Part shown: piece after piece, positions 29,635 to 39,094 of the stretch
Layout: every line of letters starts with the position of its first letter
Position numbering within the stretch: position 1 is the first letter of the stretch
Assembly (NCBI GenBank): GCA_049325595.1
Contig: JBMOLF010000009.1
Span: forward strand, 27,137 to 91,136
Length of the DNA: 64,000 nt
DNA from: Candidatus Babelota bacterium
GTDB lineage: Bacteria > Babelota > Babeliae > Babelales > Vermiphilaceae
Direction of reading: 5' to 3'
Translations under genes and position numbers: made by a program
Notes under the pieces: generated by a model
Database searches by the model: none
The model's input: only the letters and a program-made list of their open reading frames with translations
What the model was told of the DNA's origin: nothing

Positions 29635-29689
29635 TTTCACACAATACCCCTCATATTTGCATTTTGTCAAGTTCCATAATTGTGTGAAA
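29635..29689 (-). promoter_or_regulatory. Putative sigma70 promoter of the gsp operon, bracketed by an 11-bp perfect inverted repeat
   Basis: Minus strand TTGACA-18-TATTGT; arms TTTCACACAAT (29635-29645) and ATTGTGTGAAA (29679-29689). Confidence 0.55.
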
Positions 29690-29716
29690 ATGACTTACCG
29701 TTGCGGCCTTTGCGTA

Positions 29717-30709
29717 TCACGGTGACGGTATTGTTTGCAAGATTTTATTGATAACCATGTCGGGGCTGAGTCCATCCGCTTCAGCTTGGTATGTTAATAC
29801 TAAGCGATGGCGCAAAGCGGGAAGAGCTACTGCTTTTATATCATCAGGCGTAACAAAATGACGTTTTCTTAAAAACGCATATGCTTTTGCTGATTGATAT
29901 AATGTTATGGTGGCTCGCGGTGAAACCCCCGATTGAATATAAGATTTTAAATTGGTCAATCCATAACTTTCAGGTGCTCGTGTCGCAAAAATAATATTTA
30001 CCAAATATTCAATTATCTTGTCATCAACATAAACAGCTTCTACTAATTTTTGAGCAAGTAGAATATCTGCTTCAGTTAAAATTTGTATTAGGTCGTTAGT
30101 ATTGCGAGAGCGCAGAAGAAGTTCTTTTTCTTCATGCTTATTAGGATAGTTTACCAATAGTTTAAACATAAAGCGGTCTACTTGAGCTTCAGGCAACTGA
30201 TAGGTTCCTTCTTGCTCAATAGGATTTTGTGTTGCAAAAACTAAAAATGGTTCTTGCAGCTTAAATGTTTGAGATCCGATAGTTACTTGTTTTTCTTGCA
30301 TTGCTTCAAGTAAAGCTGCCTGCACTTTTGCCGGCGCACGATTTATTTCATCGGCAAGAATAAGATTTGCAAAAATAGGGCCTTTTTTGGTCTCGAACTC
30401 TTGTGTTTTAGGATTGTATATTAACGTTCCGATAACATCTGATGGTAATAAATCTGGTGTAAATTGTATGCGATTAAATTTAAGCCCCAACGCTTTGGTG
30501 AGCGCTTTAATCATAGTTGTTTTTGCAACCCCTGGCACTCCTTCAAGAAGAATGTGCCCATCACATAAAATAGCGATCATCATAAATTGTATAATGTCCT
30601 GATGACCAATAATAACTTTGCCTACTTCGTGACTAAGCCCTTGAAATTGAGCAGTTGTATCTTTTATTTGTTCAATGATAGAACTATCTGGCAGTGCTGT
30701 TTCTATCAT
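29717..30709 (-). CDS. MoxR family AAA+ ATPase
   Basis: LLEGVPGVAKT, RIQFTPDLLPSD, LADEINRAPAKVQAALLEAMQE, ATQNPIEQEGTY. Confidence 0.95.
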   Translation of the reverse strand: MIETALPDSSIIEQIKDTTAQFQGLSHEVGKVIIGHQDIIQFMMIAILCDGHILLEGVPGVAKTTMIKALTKALGLKFNRIQFTPDLLPSDVIGTLIYNPKTQEFETKKGPIFANLILADEINRAPAKVQAALLEAMQEKQVTIGSQTFKLQEPFLVFATQNPIEQEGTYQLPEAQVDRFMFKLLVNYPNKHEEKELLLRSRNTNDLIQILTEADILLAQKLVEAVYVDDKIIEYLVNIIFATRAPESYGLTNLKSYIQSGVSPRATITLYQSAKAYAFLRKRHFVTPDDIKAVALPALRHRLVLTYQAEADGLSPDMVINKILQTIPSP

Positions 30710-30848
30710 AGGATACCTTTCATTATCGATCGCGCATTACTAATTAAAAAATAATGGTTTCATTGTATCAAGCTTATGGTAATCTTACAACTGATACCAT
30801 TCGTATGTAAAACAAGTACAATTTTCTTTTTTTCGTAGGTTATACACA

Positions 30849-31373
30849 ATGATTCTTTCTGGTAAAGAAATAAAAAATAAATTAGGCAAACAGATTATAA
30901 TTGACCCATTTAATGAAAAACAGCTTGGCCCTAATAGTTATAATTTGCGTCTTCACAATGAATTAATGGTATATGAAGATCCTATTTTGGATATGAAAAA
31001 AAAGCATGCAACTAAATCCTTAATTATTCCACCAGAAGGTCTTGTATTAGAAACGGGTAAATTGTATTTAGGAAGAACAATGGAATACACTCAAACTGAC
31101 GAGTATGTTCCTATGCTCGAAGGTCGTTCTTCAATTGGTCGTCTTGGCTTGTTTATTCACATCACTGCTGGTTTTGGCGATGTTGGATTTAATGGTTTTT
31201 GGACACTAGAAATTTTCTGCGTACAACCAATTCGTATTTACCCAGGCGTTGAAATTTGCCAAATCTTCTATCACTCAATAGAAGGCGCATATGAGCGTTA
31301 TTCGAGTAATAAATATCAAAATAATCGCAGCATTCAAGCAAGTATGTTATATAAAGATTTTGAGTTGTTATAA
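30849..31373 (+). CDS. dcd: dCTP deaminase
   Basis: QLGPNSYNLRL, EGRSSIGRLG, TAGFGDVGF, TLEI, ICQI. Confidence 0.93.
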   Translation: MILSGKEIKNKLGKQIIIDPFNEKQLGPNSYNLRLHNELMVYEDPILDMKKKHATKSLIIPPEGLVLETGKLYLGRTMEYTQTDEYVPMLEGRSSIGRLGLFIHITAGFGDVGFNGFWTLEIFCVQPIRIYPGVEICQIFYHSIEGAYERYSSNKYQNNRSIQASMLYKDFELL

Positions 31374-31398
31374 AACATAACAATAACGGGTAAATACT

Positions 31399-32055
31399 AT
31401 GCTTTTTAAGTATCCAATATGGTTACTGTGTTTTTTCTCTTGTCTTAACAGTATGGAAAAAAATCCAGCCATATATGATTGGAGTATGTTTAAAACTGAT
31501 TTAGAAAGAAGAGCAAAAAGAGCAGAGCATATGTTTGCTTGTAGGGATACAGTAACAGCGTCGATTTTAATGGAAAATGCCTTTAATGATTGTTGTGCAT
31601 TTAATGTTGTAGATCAAGCAAGCAAACAAGATCAACTCAAATGTTCAAGCGCGCTAGCATTGAGGGCAGGATTGTTTGCGCGAGCCAATTATGATAATGA
31701 AAAAGCAGTTAGTTTTTTTCAATATGCAGCGGATAATTTTCCAGAAAGTGCAATAGGTTATGAGGGCTTCTATTGCCTGGGTGCAATTTATTTAGAGAAA
31801 AATAATTTAGAATTAGCGAAAAAACATCTACACGGTGCATACGAAAAATGGTTTCCAGAGCTCGATAAAGGGCCCGTATTGTTTAGCTTGGGCGAACTGT
31901 ATCAAAAAAAAGGAAAATTAGCTCAAGCAAAAAAATTTTATCAAGAATGTCTAGATGAAGCTCAAGATTATGACGTCCAAAGACTAGCTGAAGGTGCACT
32001 CCAATTGCTAGAAGGAACAGTTTGTAATGCAAATATATCAAGAAATAAAAGATAA
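31399..32055 (+). CDS. Exported TPR-repeat protein
   Basis: Signal-like N-terminus; TPR helices (YCLGAIYLEKNNLELAKKHL, FSLGELYQKKGKLAQAKKFYQECL). Confidence 0.75.
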   Translation: MLFKYPIWLLCFFSCLNSMEKNPAIYDWSMFKTDLERRAKRAEHMFACRDTVTASILMENAFNDCCAFNVVDQASKQDQLKCSSALALRAGLFARANYDNEKAVSFFQYAADNFPESAIGYEGFYCLGAIYLEKNNLELAKKHLHGAYEKWFPELDKGPVLFSLGELYQKKGKLAQAKKFYQECLDEAQDYDVQRLAEGALQLLEGTVCNANISRNKR

Positions 32056-32122
32056 ATTTTAAACAAAAGCATCCATAATTACTTCTTGCTTATTGTAAAG
32101 CGGAAATTGTTGGATTATTAAT

Positions 32123-32264
32123 ATGAAATGGTTTTTATAGTTTATTTATCATATTGTTTGTTAATGTTTTAACTGACTGCTCAGAAAAAAATGCCGACCT
32201 ATTTTGGTCGGAGTGTCTAAAATTGGCGCAAGAATATTTGATGGCTAAGTGGAAATTTTATTAA
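32123..32264 (+). pseudogene. Possible frameshifted relic of a signal-peptide gene resembling the 31399 N-terminus
   Basis: ATG AAA, then a +1 frame GFYSLFIILFVNVLTDCSEKNADLFWSE versus SMEKNPAIYDWS. Confidence 0.3.
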
Positions 32265-32290
32265 TTTTGTTTCTAAAAAAGGATTTTAAG

Positions 32291-32938
32291 ATGTTACGCA
32301 TGCGCTTTTATTGTTTACTTGTAGCATTAATAAGCACTAATCTATGTATAGCCATGGAGTATGATGATATTAATAAAACACTGGAGAGACTTTACGATAC
32401 AGCGCGTAATCTTAAAAATCTTAATACGCATGACCAATTTGAATTGTTTAATGAAACATTTGAACTTTTTAAAATGATAAAGCATGATCCTGAAATAGAA
32501 TTGATCAAACAAGAACATCTAGCACATCTTGCTTTTAGAGCCGCGACAATAGCTTTTTTAGATAATAGTGAGATTGATAGAAGTATTCCGTTGTATAGCT
32601 TTGTAGTACATTCTGATGCGCCGACTGATATTCGTTCTGCTGCTGCACTTTCTTTAGCGAACATATATTTACGTAAGAAAAAATTCATAGCAGCTGAATT
32701 TTATAACGCGATCGCTCAGAAAAATTGGCCTCAAGAAGAAAGTAAGGGTTTTTTATTTTTATCTAAAGCACGAGTACAGTTTGCAAAAAATAACTTGGCA
32801 AGTGCACAGTCTCATTATGAATTATGTATGCAAAATACTGATGAACCAGACATCGTAGAGAGTGCATTAGAGGAATTATCTGTTTTGAAAAAAATGAAAC
32901 AAAATGATAATAAGAACTGCAAATGTATTATTCTTTAA
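32291..32938 (+). CDS. Exported TPR-like protein with C-terminal CaaX box
   Basis: ATG 32291 after AAGGA; signal ending CIA; TPR-like helices; ends NKNCKCIIL-stop. Confidence 0.75.
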   Translation: MLRMRFYCLLVALISTNLCIAMEYDDINKTLERLYDTARNLKNLNTHDQFELFNETFELFKMIKHDPEIELIKQEHLAHLAFRAATIAFLDNSEIDRSIPLYSFVVHSDAPTDIRSAAALSLANIYLRKKKFIAAEFYNAIAQKNWPQEESKGFLFLSKARVQFAKNNLASAQSHYELCMQNTDEPDIVESALEELSVLKKMKQNDNKNCKCIIL

Positions 32939-33144
32939 AAAGCATGTTTTTTATAAAATCTCCTATGATCTAAAGTAATTACGAAATCTAAAAACAAGAA
33001 TTTTTATTTGCACAATAATAAAAAAAATGCTCATATAAATAACACATAAATATATATTGATAAATAAGCAATCAAGTTACCAAAACTATTTATACAGGCG
33101 CCTTTTGCTTAGCAATATCATGTAATTTAAACAAGGAAGAACGT

Positions 33145-33384
33145 ATGGATGAGCAAGACAAAAAACATACCCAAGCCTTAAAAAAAGATGCAGATCTTAT
33201 TAGTTTTGACCGTTGTCGTTATTTGCATAAGCGAAAAGAAAAAGAGTTAAGAACTCGTGCCTTAATAGGAGCATTGTTGGCAGGAATTTTTGGATTTTGG
33301 CTAGGTTATCTTGCAAGAGATAAAAACTTAACACGTTGCTTATTGCCAGGTAGTGCTCCTGCAACTATCACTGCACCATATTGA
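33145..33384 (+). CDS. Small single-TM hypothetical protein
   Basis: AAGGAAG RBS; TM ALIGALLAGIFGFWLGYLA. Confidence 0.6.
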   Translation: MDEQDKKHTQALKKDADLISFDRCRYLHKRKEKELRTRALIGALLAGIFGFWLGYLARDKNLTRCLLPGSAPATITAPY

Positions 33385-33392
33385 TTATTGGA

Positions 33393-34220
33393 TTAGTTCT
33401 CTCTCCACTCATAGATGGTATTGTTATGGTGCACTGCCCATACGGTGCCATCTTGAGCTACTGTAATCGCTTTAAATCCCTTGAGTGATCCTTTTAAATC
33501 CCACTTTTGAGTGGTTTTGTTCCATTTAAATGCAAATAATTGTTTAGGTGTTTCTCCTTGCAAGGACCAAATGTCTTTTGCGACTCCAGTTGCTAATTTA
33601 AAAATGCGAGGCCCAACTTGTTGTGTTAACAATCGCCATAGTTTTGTCTTAGGGTTCCATTGTTTTAATTTAATAAATAAGGTTGTTTGGCGGCCTTGTC
33701 CAATAATTTCTTTTTCTACAGCCCAAATAAAACCTGAGCTATCAACCGCGAAATCTGAAACATTAGTAAGGTCTGATAAATGCCAAATGTTTTCACTTTG
33801 CGCATTTAATATGCGAATAATGGCATTTTTTATAATGAATATATCTTGTTCATATGGTAAAAAATTAATAATTGGCTCTTTACTCTCAAAGCGGTAAATG
33901 GAAGAAATTTGTTGATTAAAAAAAAGCAACAACTCTTGAGGATCGGCTTGAGTGAGTAAAAATAATGAATCATCTATGGCCTGCATTTTTAAAATATCGT
34001 GCTCAAGCATTCTTGCCTTGATCCACTGTGTTCCAGTCCACGTAAAGAGTGTCGGCTTATCAAATTCATTTATTTTAGTAAGAAGGTAGCCGGTAGTAGT
34101 TTTATAGCGGGTAATATCTTGAATAATTCCTATTACATTCTTGTTTGCATCACTTGTAACCCAATTTCCTTGTAAGGTAAAAACACAAGAAAGAAAAGCA
34201 AGCAATTCTTTATATTTCAT
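33393..34220 (-). CDS. Exported beta-propeller protein, tectonin-like repeats
   Basis: Signal; blades FAVDSSGFIWAV, LATGVAKDIWSL, ITVAQDGTVWAVHHNNTIYEW. Confidence 0.6.
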   Translation of the reverse strand: MKYKELLAFLSCVFTLQGNWVTSDANKNVIGIIQDITRYKTTTGYLLTKINEFDKPTLFTWTGTQWIKARMLEHDILKMQAIDDSLFLLTQADPQELLLFFNQQISSIYRFESKEPIINFLPYEQDIFIIKNAIIRILNAQSENIWHLSDLTNVSDFAVDSSGFIWAVEKEIIGQGRQTTLFIKLKQWNPKTKLWRLLTQQVGPRIFKLATGVAKDIWSLQGETPKQLFAFKWNKTTQKWDLKGSLKGFKAITVAQDGTVWAVHHNNTIYEWREN

Positions 34221-34372
34221 TCTTTTACTCCGTGACTATTGGTACTAATTAAGATAGTGAAGTGAAAACGAATAATACAATGATCTGATGAAAAAATTTT
34301 AAATTGAAATTATAAATTGCATATTGCTATGCTATAATTGGATATTAAATAATAAGAGGGAGGGGCGAGCTT

Positions 34373-34846
34373 ATGAATCGGATCGTATTACCAAGCTTGC
34401 TAGCAATAATTATTACGCTGGGTTGTAGTGTGATCAGTTATGCTTTGATGATTGAGTACTGCGCAAATGCCTCAAATAAAGAATTCTTTTTTGAGTTAAA
34501 AAATAAAAGTAATCAAGATGTAGAGTTTATTTTATATGTCGATTATATACCAATTACGCATTCTCGCATAAAAAAAATGAGAAGTGGCAAAACTCATTTA
34601 ATTCGTATTGGGGATATTGAAGCTGAAAATTCTCTTTCTTTAAAAATATGGCCTGTTGGACAATATTATAAATCGCAGCATTATCAATTTCCGCTAGATA
34701 AAACGATTTATATTAAATATAAAAATAACGTGATTCAACCACAAAAGGGCTCAGCCAAAGGTAGAACTAAGTCAGGGTTGTCATTAGCTAACAATATTTC
34801 AGACAAAGACATTATGAGATGGCAGCCAACCCCGCCCAAGTTTTAA
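34373..34846 (+). CDS. Exported hypothetical protein
   Basis: GAGG-rich RBS, signal-like N-terminus, beta-rich body. Confidence 0.65.
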   Translation: MNRIVLPSLLAIIITLGCSVISYALMIEYCANASNKEFFFELKNKSNQDVEFILYVDYIPITHSRIKKMRSGKTHLIRIGDIEAENSLSLKIWPVGQYYKSQHYQFPLDKTIYIKYKNNVIQPQKGSAKGRTKSGLSLANNISDKDIMRWQPTPPKF

Positions 34847-35607
34847 GTTGCATTAGTGTTGTCAGATTGTATGGGGCCTAAGGTGCTGCCTCTTATAAAT
34901 TGATAGATATAAGGATTATCACATTCCCATATGGTTTTGGCATTCCCTACATATTTAATAGTGCCTTCGTGTAACAGGGCCACATTGTCAGCATATTTGA
35001 ATATTTCAGTATCATGAGAAATGGCAATTGAAGTTATGTTAAGTTTTTGTTGCATCTCATGCATAAGCTCATGAATAACGCGGGTGGTTACTGGATCTAA
35101 GCCGGTAGTTGGCTCATCATACAAAATAACCTGTGGATTAGTTATTAAGGTGCGTGCTAGCCCAACTCGCTTACGCATACCTCCTGAAAGCTCTGACGGA
35201 TATTTGTGCAAGGTATTTTGGCTCAAATTTACTAAAGCTAATTTTTCTTTCACAATGGGTAGTACTTCTTGGCGTGAATGACCAGCTTCAAGGAGGGTAA
35301 TGGCAATATTTTCAAATACCGTTAGCGAATCAAGCAGTGCAGCAAATTGAAATACATAGCCAAACATTTTGTAATGACTTTCTAACTGATCATCGGACAA
35401 TGTTGTAATATCAATACCATTGACAATAATTGAACCAGAGGTTGGTTTTATAAGCCCAATAATTTGCTTGAGCAAAACAGATTTGCCTTCACCAGATCGC
35501 CCAATGATTACGGTCATTTGCCCAGCAGGTATGGAAAGATTTACCCCTTTAGTTATCCAATGAGAGTCAAACTTTTTTTTTAGATTCACAATTTCTATAA
35601 GGGACAT
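34843..35607 (-). CDS. mlaF: MlaF/Mkl-type ABC ATPase
   Basis: GRSGEGKS, VFQFAALLDSL, ELSGGMRKRVGLAR, YDEPTTGLDP; next to mlaE. Confidence 0.88.
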   Translation of the reverse strand: MSLIEIVNLKKKFDSHWITKGVNLSIPAGQMTVIIGRSGEGKSVLLKQIIGLIKPTSGSIIVNGIDITTLSDDQLESHYKMFGYVFQFAALLDSLTVFENIAITLLEAGHSRQEVLPIVKEKLALVNLSQNTLHKYPSELSGGMRKRVGLARTLITNPQVILYDEPTTGLDPVTTRVIHELMHEMQQKLNITSIAISHDTEIFKYADNVALLHEGTIKYVGNAKTIWECDNPYIYQFIRGSTLGPIQSDNTNAT

Positions 35608-35627
35608 AGAATAATTCCTGCTGTTGT

Positions 35628-36407
35628 TTATAAGTGCTCAAGGAGTTTTGTAAGAAAGTAATTACTTATTAAAATAAATATTGAAGCAACAACTACGCTT
35701 TGTGTAGTAGAAATGCCAACACCACGAGCGCCACCAGTTGTATTGTATCCTTTATAGGCACCAACGGTTGAAAGAATGAGTCCAAAAAAAGAGGCTTTTA
35801 TTAAACCGCCTTTTATGTCAGATAGCTCAACATATGTTTTTATGTTGCTTAGATAATCTTCAGGGCTTAGGTGTAAAACATATACACATAAAAAATAACC
35901 ACCCATAATACCACAAATCATGCTAAAAACAGCCAAAAAGGGTAGAGCAACCGTTCCTGCCAAAATTCGCGGTACAATGAGATATTGAAAAGGATTAATG
36001 CGTAAGGTAATAAGTGCATCAATTTGCTCGGTAATGCTCATGGTGCCAAGCTCGGCTGCAATTGCTGATCCAGCGCGACCAGTTACCATTAAACCCGTAA
36101 GAACCGGTCCAAGTTCTCGGATCATACCAAGAGCTACTACCGCACCAATAAACTGTTCGCCACCTACCCGTTGAAAGCCGATATAGCTTTGAAGTGCAAA
36201 TACCATGCCACTAAATGTGCCTGTTAACACCACGATATAAAATGAATCAACGCCAATGCGATTAACTTGTTCAAAAAACTTGTGCCATTTAAGCTGCGTA
36301 GTGAACAAAACCTTGATGCTTTTTATAAAAAAAAGTGTAAAGGTGCCGATGACGGTACACAAAGATAATGTGCGTGCTCCCACGTTTTGTATTAAGCCAT
36401 TAATCAC
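35628..36407 (-). CDS. mlaE: MlaE-type ABC permease
   Basis: RELGPVLTGLMVTGRAGSAIAAELGTM, EQIDAL, GGARGVG. Confidence 0.92.
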   Translation of the reverse strand: MINGLIQNVGARTLSLCTVIGTFTLFFIKSIKVLFTTQLKWHKFFEQVNRIGVDSFYIVVLTGTFSGMVFALQSYIGFQRVGGEQFIGAVVALGMIRELGPVLTGLMVTGRAGSAIAAELGTMSITEQIDALITLRINPFQYLIVPRILAGTVALPFLAVFSMICGIMGGYFLCVYVLHLSPEDYLSNIKTYVELSDIKGGLIKASFFGLILSTVGAYKGYNTTGGARGVGISTTQSVVVASIFILISNYFLTKLLEHL

Positions 36408-36445
36408 GCAAGCCCTTGTTGTTGGTAGCTTTAAAAAAATGTTTT

Positions 36446-36754
36446 TTATTCTTGGCTTGTTCCTGGAACAGCTGGTGCTGATTGGGTAGTTAGTGGGCGT
36501 ACTGAGCGAGTATACGTTTCAAGTTGGGAAGATTTCATAACGGCCAATAGCAATGACCCAGCCATAAAAATTGCCCCAAGAATCCAGGTAATTTTTTGGA
36601 AAATATCTTGTCCGCCAGAGCCACCAAAAAGCATTTGAGCGCCACCGCCAAGGTTGCCAAGGCCCATATTGCCTTTTCCTTGTTGGATAAGAATAAGCAG
36701 TACGAGTAAAAATGAGTTGAATATAAAGAAAGTTACTAACATGCCATATAACAC
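36446..36754 (-). CDS. secG: Preprotein translocase SecG
   Basis: LILIQQGKG...LFGGSG...KITWILG; downstream of tpiA. Confidence 0.93.
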   Translation of the reverse strand: MLYGMLVTFFIFNSFLLVLLILIQQGKGNMGLGNLGGGAQMLFGGSGGQDIFQKITWILGAIFMAGSLLLAVMKSSQLETYTRSVRPLTTQSAPAVPGTSQE

Positions 36755-36770
36755 GGAAGATCTCCTTGCA

Positions 36771-37523
36771 TTATTGTTTGTCTATTATACATGAGCGTAC
36801 TATTTTTTTAAATTTTTGAGAATCAAGACTTGCGCCACCAACCAATAATCCCGATAGATTTGATATAGTAGTTATTGATTGAAGATTTTTATCATCAACG
36901 CTTCCCCCATAAATAAGAGTTGGTTGCCCTGCTAAATTGCCATTGCGCCAACAGGTAAGTATATAGGAAAAAACCTGTTCTATGTGTTGTTTTGACGGAG
37001 TAATTCCGCTGCCGATAGCCCAGACTGGTTCATAGGCGATAGCAATAGTTTTATAGGATACTGTTTTGAGTAGAGTTATAAGAGGAAAAAGCTGGTCTTG
37101 CAATTCATCTAAAAAATTATTGCTTTGTGTGCGTTCTCCAATACAAATTATGGGTACAATATTTACATTTATTAATTGGTTAACTTTTTGAACAATTTCT
37201 TGATTGCTTTGTCCTAAAGCTCGCATTTCGCTATGTCCAACAATGCAATAAGAGCAGCCAATTTCTGCAAGCGATTGTGATTGTATTTGCCCGGTATATG
37301 GGCCTTGTGCATGAGCAGAGCAATCTTGGGCTCCTAAATAAAGCGATGAGTTGTTAATTATTTTTTTTACACCGGCTAAAGCATCATATGATGGACATAT
37401 AACAATCTCTGCCTGATGAGCCTCGTGTGCTAATGCATGAGCAATTTCTTGTGTGTAGACCAGCGAACGGTTGTAAGAAAGTTGCATTTTCCAATTTGCT
37501 ATGATCAAAAAATTTTTCATCAC
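36771..37523 (-). CDS. tpiA: Triosephosphate isomerase
   Basis: ANWKM, VGHSE, AYEPVWAIG, YGGSV, LVGGASL. Confidence 0.95.
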   Translation of the reverse strand: MMKNFLIIANWKMQLSYNRSLVYTQEIAHALAHEAHQAEIVICPSYDALAGVKKIINNSSLYLGAQDCSAHAQGPYTGQIQSQSLAEIGCSYCIVGHSEMRALGQSNQEIVQKVNQLINVNIVPIICIGERTQSNNFLDELQDQLFPLITLLKTVSYKTIAIAYEPVWAIGSGITPSKQHIEQVFSYILTCWRNGNLAGQPTLIYGGSVDDKNLQSITTISNLSGLLVGGASLDSQKFKKIVRSCIIDKQ

Positions 37524-37599
37524 GCTCCTTATTAAGTGTGGCCTTTAGTCTTTTAAACTTGGTAGATTTAAAGTTAAGGGATTTGTTTTAGGGTAAATA

Positions 37600-38994
37600 A
37601 TGATAGTGTGTACGTCCAGGGCTTGTGATATTGCTATTTTATTAAGCTTCTTCGTGCTCAGTGTGGTAGGGGCAGAACGCCCTCTTTTTGACTACAAAGA
37701 ATTTTATCATCGATCAATCAAGCCATACATTATTGCCGAACAAACAGATATTGCCGTTATTCAACATAGAGCTGCTTTATTAGACTCAATAGAAAAGCTT
37801 GATGTTCCCGATCAAAAAAAAATTGTTTCTTTTCTTGTGTGTCATCCGCTATTAACCACTACTGATAAAAAAGATCTCTTGCACATCAAAAAAAGAGATA
37901 TGCTGTTTTTTCTTGCGGGTAAACAAATAATTAGTAGCCAAGAGTATTTGGATCATATTGCCATGCTATGCTATTTCCCAACGCTCATACATGCGCCTGC
38001 AATGGGATATGGTATAAGAAAATTATTAGCAGATTGGGGCGTAAACCCCTTGTGGAATAAAAAAAAGAATTGGCAGGAAGCTTTACAACTCTATAGCCCT
38101 GCTGTCCGTAACCAATTAATTAAATCAGCTTCTTGCGTAAAAAACCAGACCTATTGCAATCATCTTATAGATGATCTATCAAACGCGAGCATAGAGCATT
38201 ACATCAATCATACTCATGAGTGTGCTCTGCAACGACTGAGCTTTTATAAGCGGCAAATTACAGACAATGCTGCTTTTAATAAAAAAAGTGTGCCAACCTT
38301 GGCAGCAATGATCGGCATTAAACTTATTAATAATGCTATTTCGTGGGATGAGCACGAAAAAAAAATTATTATTCCTAAAACTCTGGTTGGCTTTTTTAAG
38401 CAACTAAATATCAGTCAACAGAATCTTTTTTTATCTCTTTTGATGTTTCATCCTAATTCACCGATTAACTCAGTATTTTCGCTAGCAAGAAAGCTGAGCA
38501 CTCTTAATGCTATTTATCCGGTTATGTCGGTGCAGCAATATGTTTATTATCGCACTATCATTGAATATTTTTCTTCAATTTTAACCGTTAATAATCTTTC
38601 ATTGTCGGTTGTGCATAAAATTTTGGATATGGGGGGTGACCCGAGAGCAGTTTTAAACAATTGTTCGGCAATAAAAAAAACAGCACTCAAAGCCTTGGAA
38701 GGGTGTGATTATCGATGGGCAAATTTAGCAATACTCAATATCATTAGCTTTGAAAAAAAATGCTTTAAAGCATGTGAAGAAAAATTAAGTTATTATCTGA
38801 TGCATTTGCAAAACGAAACCTTTGTTGATTTCACGCCCTATTTTTTGCAGGCAATTAAAGAAAAAAATTATTACGCTTTAAAATTTTTATTACGCGTGGT
38901 TCGCCCAGGGAAAAATGATTTACAAAAATTTAAAAACAATCACATTGAAGATAAAAAAATAAAAAAAATACTTGAGAATTACTTTACTGATTAA
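37600..38994 (+). CDS. Hypothetical helical protein, signal-like N-terminus, degenerate ankyrin-like segments
   Basis: Long ORF; ILDMGGDP, LQAIKEKNYYALKFLL. Confidence 0.55.
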   Translation: MIVCTSRACDIAILLSFFVLSVVGAERPLFDYKEFYHRSIKPYIIAEQTDIAVIQHRAALLDSIEKLDVPDQKKIVSFLVCHPLLTTTDKKDLLHIKKRDMLFFLAGKQIISSQEYLDHIAMLCYFPTLIHAPAMGYGIRKLLADWGVNPLWNKKKNWQEALQLYSPAVRNQLIKSASCVKNQTYCNHLIDDLSNASIEHYINHTHECALQRLSFYKRQITDNAAFNKKSVPTLAAMIGIKLINNAISWDEHEKKIIIPKTLVGFFKQLNISQQNLFLSLLMFHPNSPINSVFSLARKLSTLNAIYPVMSVQQYVYYRTIIEYFSSILTVNNLSLSVVHKILDMGGDPRAVLNNCSAIKKTALKALEGCDYRWANLAILNIISFEKKCFKACEEKLSYYLMHLQNETFVDFTPYFLQAIKEKNYYALKFLLRVVRPGKNDLQKFKNNHIEDKKIKKILENYFTD

Positions 38995-39094
38995 ATGCAT
39001 AGTCTTAAAAATCTTAACACGCCACGCAAAAATATCTGTCAGATAATTTTTTTTTGCTATACTTAATATCTCATATTTCTCAAGGATATTTCTC

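Noticed and set aside
20310..29679. Antisense or alternate-frame ORFs inside eno and the gsp genes (for example 20310-20810, 21689-21988, 29374-29679)
   Set aside because: They overlap well-supported genes and show no motifs or RBS; the same applies to similar short ORFs across the window.
36408..36445. tRNA-Leu often found after tpiA-secG
   Set aside because: The gap is only 38 bp with no cloverleaf; no tRNA or rRNA was seen in the window.
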